Assembly (NCBI GenBank): GCA_049599475.1
Contig: JBMYOQ010000092.1
Span: forward strand, 1 to 15,432
Direction: 5' to 3'
From: Opitutales bacterium
GTDB taxonomy: Bacteria; Verrucomicrobiota; Verrucomicrobiia; Opitutales; JABSRG01
DNA: 15,432 nucleotides
Shown here: positions 8,873 to 15,432 of the stretch, in pieces
How positions within the stretch are numbered: position 1 is the stretch's first letter
How the letters are laid out: each line of letters opens with the position of its first letter
Notes under the pieces: generated by a model
Database searches by the model: none
The model's input: only the letters and a program-made list of their open reading frames with translations
What the model was told of the DNA's origin: nothing
Made by a program: the position numbers and the translations under genes

Positions 8873-10142
8873 AATTCGAAACGTTGATTTTTCCGGTGAC
8901 GGCGGAGTTGATGAGGGTTGCTTTGTATTCCTTGAGTTGTTCGATGATGTTAATTTGATGCTGTATCGAACGCCCGATTCTGTCGCATTTCTGCTGCACG
9001 TGGTTAATAATATCATTTTGTTCTAATACGGAGGGGAACAACATTCTGAACGGACGCAGTTGTTCTCCTGTCAAATGGGCTATGGTGGCTTTTCCGGCCA
9101 TTGAAAAAGCGGCGTTCTCCACTGCATTTCTTAATTGTAGTGCAATGAATAAAGGAAGGTCACCGCGTTTTGGGCGTATGCGATGCAAAGCCTTTTGGTA
9201 GTAGCATGGGGTCTCGTAATTCCAGACTGCACAACGCCCCGGTTCTCCACCTTCACATACCAGTAGATCGCCACTCTTTAATCCATATCTTGCATATTCA
9301 CCTTTTTCGAAGTCCATTAGTGGTAAATTGTCAGTATTTATTCGAAACCATTGGACATCGATATTCCTCAAATACTTCCCTAGTTTTTTCCCAGTTATTT
9401 TCTTTGAATCTAGCATTTTCCCAAGTCGAACTTCGCATCGTGAATAGAGGGGAGCGACCTCCCAATGCTCCGGGATTTTGCCGATCCATTCTATGCCGGA
9501 GTCGCGCATGGGGGCGTTGGGGTTGAGGCCTTTGGTGACGGCGTTTTGGATGATGATTTGTTTGCGCTCATTGAGCAGCTGAATGAGCCGCTCCTTCTGA
9601 GCAATCGCCTCATCAATCCTCCCCACCTTGTCATCCAAAAAATTAGCTATAGCGATTTGTTCGGGTTTTGATGGAATCGGTAAGAGTGAATCAGAAATAT
9701 GATTGTAATTAATCGTCTGCCTGACTCCAGACCCTAACAATTTCATATGAGCCACATCGTAGCGATGCATCATATAGTTCAGGTATCGCTTATTTTCTTC
9801 ATTGGATTTTAGCACTATATATCCAGAACTCACGACAACGTCTATTTCTGACAATCCGATTCGCAAGCTCCTGACATCATAATTGAGATTGAGAGGGTTT
9901 ACCAAAAACTCTCCTCTGTTCAGCACCTGGTAGCTCGCCTTCGTCGAGAATGGGATTTTCTCGTCAGGCTTCTCCACAACCTTACCAAAGCTTATAGCAC
10001 CACACGGTAAGTCTGGATTGTGAGTGATCTTTTTTTCCGAAAAAATGTGTTTCAGTTTCCTCATTTCCCAACCGGAGGGAATATCTCCAACCCACGGAAC
10101 TTCCGAATCTTTATATTTTGGATACGACTTAATGTTGTTCAT
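8862..10142 (-). CDS. hsdS: Type I restriction-modification specificity subunit S (two TRDs)
   Basis: Conserved N-terminus YPKYKDSEVPWVGDIPSGWE, central conserved region EQIAIANFLD...NAVTKGLNPNAPMRDSGIEWIGKIPEHWEV and C-terminal region EQ...LKEYKATLINSAVTGKI. Start placed at ATG 10142 (GGAGG upstream; ATGA overlap with the upstream stop), giving 426 aa. Confidence 0.94.
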   Translation of the reverse strand: MNNIKSYPKYKDSEVPWVGDIPSGWEMRKLKHIFSEKKITHNPDLPCGAISFGKVVEKPDEKIPFSTKASYQVLNRGEFLVNPLNLNYDVRSLRIGLSEIDVVVSSGYIVLKSNEENKRYLNYMMHRYDVAHMKLLGSGVRQTINYNHISDSLLPIPSKPEQIAIANFLDDKVGRIDEAIAQKERLIQLLNERKQIIIQNAVTKGLNPNAPMRDSGIEWIGKIPEHWEVAPLYSRCEVRLGKMLDSKKITGKKLGKYLRNIDVQWFRINTDNLPLMDFEKGEYARYGLKSGDLLVCEGGEPGRCAVWNYETPCYYQKALHRIRPKRGDLPLFIALQLRNAVENAAFSMAGKATIAHLTGEQLRPFRMLFPSVLEQNDIINHVQQKCDRIGRSIQHQINIIEQLKEYKATLINSAVTGKINVSNYGL

Positions 10143-11623
10143 CGTAATAAGTCCTCCATGAAATGAGTATACGAGTCTCCAACCCAGCCACGGTCCCAAC
10201 GGCTACCAATTTGACCTAAATATATCTTGCATTGCTTCATCCATTTTGGCCAAGAATTACGCAAGTCTTCAGGCTTTATTCCTTGTCGCTTAATATAATC
10301 AAGCAATTGATCTTTCTGATAAAGTATCTCACGCAAGGCTACAGATAATTCTGAATAATGAAGGAAATATGTGGGGATTGCTAAATCCGGATCCTCGGAT
10401 TTCAGCTTTTCAGGCGAAGCACGGAATGTATCAATAAACTCGACGAACGAGAGCATGAAATAGTGACCACAAATACATTCCCTGTATCGTTCAACACTGC
10501 CTAGCTTTTCAGCGATCCAAGGAATATTTTCGGGCAGCTCCCAAAGAAATTTCCACGTATTGTTGCAGCGTCCTCCCAAAGACTCTGGCCACCCGATTAC
10601 TTTTGAATAATTCCACAATAACGTGCTTTCGCTGTCATATTTCTTCTTGATTCGCTGGTTAGCCAAACCGAAGACTAGGCTAGCCTGCTCAGTATGTATC
10701 GAGAAAATTCCGACTAGGGACTGAAACGTCAGTGTTGCCGTTTGTGGAAAATCTGAGAAAAAAACCAGTCCGGAGTGCTCCCAAGACTTAGGCTCGAGCA
10801 AATCGTGCACTAGCGACGACTGGCGATTGAACTTATCTACGCCTGACTCAATCCCCGCCATAGCCACAGCGAACACGGGTTCTATCGCCTTGAGTCCATC
10901 TACATTACATTCAATCCATTTGTCATTTATCTCTGAGCGGCGCTGTTCCCACTCAGCACGCCATGCCCTAAGTGGCTCCAAGGTTGCTGATTTCTTTTCT
11001 TGGATAAGCCGCCGCCAAGAAACCATATCCCCTGACCGTGCTAGCTCTAATGCTGCGTCATAAAGGTCTGAAGGATCTGAAGGGAACTCATCAGGTTTCA
11101 TAACTGATGTCTTTAATGCAGGAGCCGATTTAAGCGGTCCTCCGGCCAGTGGCGGTTTGGATGGTGGCGGCACGTTATGCAATTTTTCAATAAGGGTCTT
11201 CATCTCCTCTTCGTGATCGCTACCATCAGAGAGGTTTGCCCCTAAGCGGGTACCCACTGACTGAGGGAGGCGTATCGATGATCCCGCCTGCCTGATAATG
11301 GGTATAAACTTGTTAGTGCCCAAGTCTTTGATCAGCTCTCCATCCACAATCATGGCTTCGTATCCGACACCGCCTTTTCCGGCATCTGCTTTGTCTACAT
11401 ATTTCTCCGTGCAAATCATGAGGACGCGGTCGCAGCGATTTACGGCCTCTCTCATGAACCGAGGCAAATCATCTCCAGGTTCCAAATCCCACTGATCAAT
11501 GATAACTTCGACTCCGTGCGAGCCGCGGAGTTCTTGGGCTAACTCCAATACCCATTGCTTGTGCTCACGGGAGTCATGTGAGTAAGAGATAAAAACTAAG
11601 GGAGTGAATGGTTCGCTGCTCAT
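10139..11623 (-). CDS. TIR/SEFIR-domain protein with a Pro-rich linker and an uncharacterised C-terminal domain
   Basis: The first ~150 aa have the TIR_2/SEFIR pattern VFISYSHDS...WVLELAQEL...GVEVIIDQWDLEPGDDLPRFM...CDRVLMICTEKY...GGVGYE...KFIPIIR. E89 is at the position of the TIR catalytic glutamate. The linker PPPSKPPLAGGP is followed by ~310 aa I do not recognise. Confidence 0.88.
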   Translation of the reverse strand: MSSEPFTPLVFISYSHDSREHKQWVLELAQELRGSHGVEVIIDQWDLEPGDDLPRFMREAVNRCDRVLMICTEKYVDKADAGKGGVGYEAMIVDGELIKDLGTNKFIPIIRQAGSSIRLPQSVGTRLGANLSDGSDHEEEMKTLIEKLHNVPPPSKPPLAGGPLKSAPALKTSVMKPDEFPSDPSDLYDAALELARSGDMVSWRRLIQEKKSATLEPLRAWRAEWEQRRSEINDKWIECNVDGLKAIEPVFAVAMAGIESGVDKFNRQSSLVHDLLEPKSWEHSGLVFFSDFPQTATLTFQSLVGIFSIHTEQASLVFGLANQRIKKKYDSESTLLWNYSKVIGWPESLGGRCNNTWKFLWELPENIPWIAEKLGSVERYRECICGHYFMLSFVEFIDTFRASPEKLKSEDPDLAIPTYFLHYSELSVALREILYQKDQLLDYIKRQGIKPEDLRNSWPKWMKQCKIYLGQIGSRWDRGWVGDSYTHFMEDLLR

Positions 11624-11632
11624 GACAATTAT

Positions 11633-13984
11633 CTAGAACTTCAGAATTTCTGCGATAAGGCCTTCGCTGGCTTTTTCGAGCTCGATGATGTCTTGCGTAA
11701 CCTCGTCTAGGGAGCGCAGGGGCTTGTGCTGGTAAAAGTATTTGTTGAAGCTGATCTCGTAGCCGATCTTGGTCTTGTCGAGGTCGATCCATGCTTCGTC
11801 GACGTGGGTTTTTACTTCTCTCAGATAGTAGCCGTGGATGGTGTCTTTGAGCGGAACGGTCTCGAAGTCGCGCAGGTCGCCCTCGGCTTCATAAATGAGG
11901 TATTCATTGGGTTTGCCGGATGGGTAGTAGCCAAAGTCGGGAAGTTGCTCTTCGGTGCAAGATAGGTGAACCAGGAGCTCCTCAAGCTTATCGCCGAGGA
12001 GCTTCACCTTCTTCTTGAGGACTTTTTCGGCGGTTTCGTCATACCAGGAGACCGCGGCGAAGATCGCGTTTTTCTCGCTGGCTGAGAGTTTGAGCTTTGC
12101 CGTTTTAAGGGCGGCATCGACGTCGGCTTTGAAGCGGTTGAAGTCGTTGTAGGTTTGAGAACCTAGCGCCGCGAGTAATTTGCTGGCTGCTTCGAGGAGG
12201 CTTTTTTGCTTTTGCCAGGTCGCTGGGCTGGTGAGTTGTTTGCGCTTCTTGGCGTTGAGGTCGAGTTCGTTCTTCTCGCACCATTCAAGGATTTCTTTCT
12301 CGACGGATGGGAGGTCGCTGTAGACTTTTTCGCCATAGGTTTCGTAGGCCCGTTGCATAGGCTCCTTGAGGCTTTTGTCGTAGCGTAGGGATTCGATGCG
12401 CTCAGCAGTGAATTGTGCAGATAGGCGTTTCGGGCGTTCGATGGTGACCTTGTAGTAGCCAAAGTCTTCATTGTCGAAAATCTGAGAAGCGATCCCGTCT
12501 TCACCCTTTCGCTCAATTTGCTGGAAGTTGAGATAAGTGTCTTGGATTTCCTGAATATGCTCAGGGGCGAACTCGCAGTTTTTATTGCCCAGATTTTTGC
12601 GGAGTTTGCGGTAGCGCTCAGAGGCATCGATGAGCTGGACTTTGCCTTGGCGTGACTCGGGCTTGTTGTTGCTGAGTAACCAAATGTAGGTGGTGATACC
12701 TGTATTATAGAAAAGGTTGTTGGGTAGTTGGATAATGGCATCGAGCAAGTCGTTCTCGATGATATAGCGGCGGGTATTGCTCTCACCGCCTCCAGCATCC
12801 CCCGTGAAGAGGCTGGAGCCATTGTGGACGGATGCGATGCGCGAGCCTTGGGCGCTTTGGACGGTGGGTTTCATTTTGCTCACCATTTCCATGAGAAAGA
12901 GGAGCTGGCCATCGGAAGTGCGCGGGGTGGCGTCGCAGTCATCCTCATTGCCGAAATAATCAACTAGGGGAACCGTGAAGCGCGAATCGATGATCTCGTT
13001 TCCGTCTTTGATGTTTTTTACCTCAGAGCTCCATGACTTCCCGTAGGGCGGGTTGGAGAGCATGAAGTTGAAATTGTTTCCTGAGAACTCATCAGTAGAG
13101 AGTGTAGAGCCTGGCCGGATGTTTTCAGGGTTGTCGCCCTTGATCATCATATCGGATTTGCAGATGGCGTAGGTCTCGTCGTTGATCTCCTTGCCGTAGA
13201 GGTAGACGTCGCCCGTGGCTTTGATGTTGCCATCTGGATCTTTGATAAAATTCTCGGCCTCGGTGAGCATGCCTCCTGAGCCACACGCAGGGTCGTAGAT
13301 GGTGACGACGTCGGGAATGTCTCCTTTGAGTGGCTCAAAGAGCAGGTGTGTCATCAAGTTGATGACTTCGCGAGGGGTGAAGTGCTCCCCAGCCTCCTCG
13401 TTGTTGTCTTCATTGAATTTACGTATCAGTTCCTCAAATACGTAACCCATGCCGAGGTTGCTCAAGGCAGGGAGTTTGCGGCCGTCAGGATCCTCTTTGG
13501 CGAAAGGAGTCAGGTTAATCTGTGGCGAAGTGAATTTCTGCAAGACTTCTAGCAGAACATCCTTGTCGGCCATGTGTTTTACCTGAGCCTTGAGATTAAA
13601 CTTCTCGATGATCTCTTTGACGTTGTCGCTGAATCCGGAGAGATACTCCTCGAAGTTGGCGCAGAGGATCTGAGCATTGTTGGTAGCGGTGTCAGCCAAG
13701 CGCTGAAGCGTCCATTCGCTCGTGTTATAGAAGACATAGCCTGAGGCTTGCTTGAGGCCGGTGCTATCCCAGTCGCCGTCGAGAAGGCCGAGGTCGCTCT
13801 TTTGGAAGGCTAGCTCTTCCATGACTTTTGCCTTGGTAGGCTCGAGCAGGGCGTCGAGACGGCGCAGAACGACCATGGGAAGGATGACGTCGCGGTATTT
13901 TCCTCGGACATATACGTCGCGGAGACAGTCGTCCGCGATGGACCAAATAAAACTAACAAGGCGAGAGTGGGAGGCAGTATCCAT
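11633..13984 (-). CDS. hsdM: Type I restriction-modification N6-adenine methyltransferase subunit M
   Basis: 783 aa. HsdM N-terminus FIWSIADDCLRD...VILPMVVLRRLD, GEHFTPREV, SAM-binding motif I YDPACGSGGML, catalytic motif IV SNPPYG and LFYNTGITTYIW. Confidence 0.97.
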   Translation of the reverse strand: MDTASHSRLVSFIWSIADDCLRDVYVRGKYRDVILPMVVLRRLDALLEPTKAKVMEELAFQKSDLGLLDGDWDSTGLKQASGYVFYNTSEWTLQRLADTATNNAQILCANFEEYLSGFSDNVKEIIEKFNLKAQVKHMADKDVLLEVLQKFTSPQINLTPFAKEDPDGRKLPALSNLGMGYVFEELIRKFNEDNNEEAGEHFTPREVINLMTHLLFEPLKGDIPDVVTIYDPACGSGGMLTEAENFIKDPDGNIKATGDVYLYGKEINDETYAICKSDMMIKGDNPENIRPGSTLSTDEFSGNNFNFMLSNPPYGKSWSSEVKNIKDGNEIIDSRFTVPLVDYFGNEDDCDATPRTSDGQLLFLMEMVSKMKPTVQSAQGSRIASVHNGSSLFTGDAGGGESNTRRYIIENDLLDAIIQLPNNLFYNTGITTYIWLLSNNKPESRQGKVQLIDASERYRKLRKNLGNKNCEFAPEHIQEIQDTYLNFQQIERKGEDGIASQIFDNEDFGYYKVTIERPKRLSAQFTAERIESLRYDKSLKEPMQRAYETYGEKVYSDLPSVEKEILEWCEKNELDLNAKKRKQLTSPATWQKQKSLLEAASKLLAALGSQTYNDFNRFKADVDAALKTAKLKLSASEKNAIFAAVSWYDETAEKVLKKKVKLLGDKLEELLVHLSCTEEQLPDFGYYPSGKPNEYLIYEAEGDLRDFETVPLKDTIHGYYLREVKTHVDEAWIDLDKTKIGYEISFNKYFYQHKPLRSLDEVTQDIIELEKASEGLIAEILKF

Positions 13985-14011
13985 TGGTTATTCTGTAGTT
14001 CCTGAAAATGA

Positions 14012-14632
14012 TTAAATGAGTTCCGGTAGTTCGCTAAGAGCGGCGATTTTAGCTCCATGATTTCGAGCTTCTTGGCTGGCTCCATCTAGGTAGGGCACAA
14101 CAATGACCACCTCACTCCCTAGATTTTCCCCAATCACCGTACACATCGCTTCTGTCCGTTCCATATCCCGTCCAACGTTGGCTTTGCATTCTAGAGCAAT
14201 CCGTTTGCCGTTTGGGTTTATTAGGAAATCTGTCACGACTTCGCAGTCGGTGTAATCTTGAGTGTATGCGATGCCGGCCTTTTCTAGCTCCGCGGCTACG
14301 GCTTGTTTAAACTGGATGGACTCGGCTTTGCGGCGGAGGAAATCCTTGGCGCGTTGGCGCTGACCTTCGGCGTCTTTTATGGGGTCGCTAATCTCGGAAG
14401 CCGGCACCCCGCCCTTGAGCTTGATGAAGGCGTCGACGAGACGTTTTTCCTCTTCGGCGTCTTTAGCTAGGGCTTTGCAGAGATTGGTAAAAGTGCTCTG
14501 GCGTGGCTTGGCGTGGCCGTTGATGATCTGAGAAAGGTTCGGAGGAGCGATGCCGATCTCTGCTGCCAAGTCCTTCCCCTGGATATCATGCTTCTGCTGA
14601 AGCTGTTTTATGACGAACCCTAATTCTTCCAC
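14012..14632 (-). CDS. XRE/Cro-C1 HTH protein with a C-terminal PD-(D/E)xK-like domain; putative operon regulator
   Basis: N-terminal HTH_3 pattern IQGKDLAAEIGIAPPNLSQIINGHAKP. C-terminal TDFLINPNGKRIALECKAN matches D...ExK spacing. GTG start; ends 27 nt before the hsdM start. Confidence 0.75.
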   Translation of the reverse strand: MEELGFVIKQLQQKHDIQGKDLAAEIGIAPPNLSQIINGHAKPRQSTFTNLCKALAKDAEEEKRLVDAFIKLKGGVPASEISDPIKDAEGQRQRAKDFLRRKAESIQFKQAVAAELEKAGIAYTQDYTDCEVVTDFLINPNGKRIALECKANVGRDMERTEAMCTVIGENLGSEVVIVVPYLDGASQEARNHGAKIAALSELPELI

Positions 14633-14671
14633 AAATTCACGGCATGATCAAAGATTAAGGGATGCGCAAGA

Positions 14672-14728
14672 CTTAACATTAATTATTAATTTTATTCTTC
14701 TGTCAAGGTTTGTTTTGTGAATGTTAAG
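14672..14728. promoter_or_regulatory. Divergent promoter/operator region
   Basis: AT-rich intergenic region. Minus-strand TTGACA at 14701-14706 with candidate -10 boxes ATTAAT (17-nt spacer) or TAATGT (19-nt spacer). Inverted repeat CTTAACATT (14672-14680) / AATGTTAAG (14720-14728) and palindrome ATTAAT-T-ATTAAT (14678-14690). Confidence 0.5.
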
Positions 14729-14731
14729 GCT

Positions 14732-15400
14732 ATGAAAATCCGAATCATCAGCGATTTGCATATGGAATTCGGCGCGGTTTCTCTGCCGTCCTGTGATTCA
14801 GATGTGGTGATTTTGGCTGGGGATATTCACAAGAAGCTGAATGCGCTACCTTGGATTCGTGAGATTTTTCCTGCCGAGCAGCCGGTCGTTTATATTTGCG
14901 GTAACCACGAGTTTTACGGCGCCAAATACCCGCGCGTTATTGAGAAGCTCAAGGAGGCCACTGCTTCGGATGAAAATATTCACGTCCTTGAGAATGAATC
15001 GATTGAGATCGGCGGCTTTTCTTTTTGGGGAGCGACGCTGTGGTCCGATATGGCGCTGAACGGGGATGTCATCCGCGGATGCGCTGCGGCTAATCAAGCA
15101 ATGAATGACTATCGGGCGATCCGTTTTGTCGACGGAGCGTATCGCAGGCTCCGAGCTGAGGATACACGGATGGCGCATCTCATGAGCTTGAATAGGCTGC
15201 AAGACTTCCTGGAAGCCAATGATCCTCAAAGATCAGTAATCGTCACGCATATGGCGCCCTCTCGAATGAGTGTCCCAGAGCGCTTTCAGTATGATTTAGT
15301 GTCCTGTGCCTTTGCATCCAATCTTGATTGGCTCATCGAGGCGTTTCAGCCCAAGCTCTGGATCCACGGCCATACGCATGATACCGATTCTAAAAATTAA
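14732..15400 (+). CDS. Calcineurin-like metallophosphoesterase, probably C-terminally truncated at about 15380 by the terminal repeat
   Basis: All five metal-binding motifs are present: SDLH, AGD, GNHE, VTH and WIHGHTH. Likely start ATG 14732 (MKIRIISDLH). The final residues (TDSKN*) come from the repeat, and the usual trailing beta-strands after GHTH are missing. Confidence 0.85.
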   Translation: MKIRIISDLHMEFGAVSLPSCDSDVVILAGDIHKKLNALPWIREIFPAEQPVVYICGNHEFYGAKYPRVIEKLKEATASDENIHVLENESIEIGGFSFWGATLWSDMALNGDVIRGCAAANQAMNDYRAIRFVDGAYRRLRAEDTRMAHLMSLNRLQDFLEANDPQRSVIVTHMAPSRMSVPERFQYDLVSCAFASNLDWLIEAFQPKLWIHGHTHDTDSKN

Positions 15401-15431
15401 AGAGCCTTAAGGTTGTCTAAGAAGCGTTTAC
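15381..15431. repeat. Right copy of the perfect 51-bp terminal inverted repeat
   Basis: ataccgattctaaaaattaaagagccttaaggttgtctaagaagcgtttac is the exact reverse complement of 1-51. Confidence 0.95.
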
Positions 15432-15432
15432 T

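Noticed and set aside
8873..9016. Upstream part of the 67-aa ORF 8813-9016
   Set aside because: Out-of-frame overlap with hsdS; only the last 19 codons from ATG 8872 match hsdR.
8862..10142. Phase-variable hsdS (shufflon or simple-sequence repeat)
   Set aside because: Only one hsdS is present, with no recombinase, no flanking inverted repeats and no long simple repeat tract noticed.
10143..10199. Longer hsdS N-terminus (MGPWLGW...) in the ORF track
   Set aside because: It overlaps the TIR gene; ATG 10142 has a GGAGG site, an ATGA overlap and a typical HsdS start.
10139..11623. Calling the TIR gene Thoeris thsB or a CBASS/Pycsar effector
   Set aside because: No ThsA, cyclase or recognisable SAVED/STING/cNMP-binding domain is present in the window.
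107..14085. Many short plus-strand and alternative-frame ORFs (e.g. 107-499, 4516-5067, 4626-5045, 6264-6974, 9170-9526, 12163-12822)
   Set aside because: They lie antisense to or out of frame within well-supported genes and show no recognisable motifs; they are shadow ORFs.
14846..15229. Minus-strand 127-aa ORF and plus-strand ORF 14841-15059
   Set aside because: Both overlap the motif-complete metallophosphoesterase and have no independent support.

Overview
A bacterial anti-phage defence island. Eight genes run head-to-tail on the minus strand; in transcription order they are: an XRE-HTH/PD-(D/E)xK-like protein, hsdM, a TIR/SEFIR-domain protein, hsdS, a RhuM-family protein, hsdR, a KAP-family P-loop NTPase and a DUF4011 SF1 helicase (Hhe-like, 3'-truncated). 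A calcineurin-like metallophosphoesterase (also 3'-truncated) is transcribed divergently. The type I R-M core is interrupted twice. The TIR/SEFIR gene sits between hsdM and hsdS and overlaps the hsdS start (ATGA). rhuM sits between hsdS and hsdR behind a 19-codon diverged copy of the hsdR N-terminus that links the hsdS stop to the rhuM start. The two window ends form a perfect 51-bp inverted repeat (1-51 / 15381-15431) that cuts both terminal genes. This fits two inverted copies of a mobile-element end, an assembly break at such a repeat, or a library adapter. All family calls come from motif recognition only; no searches were run.
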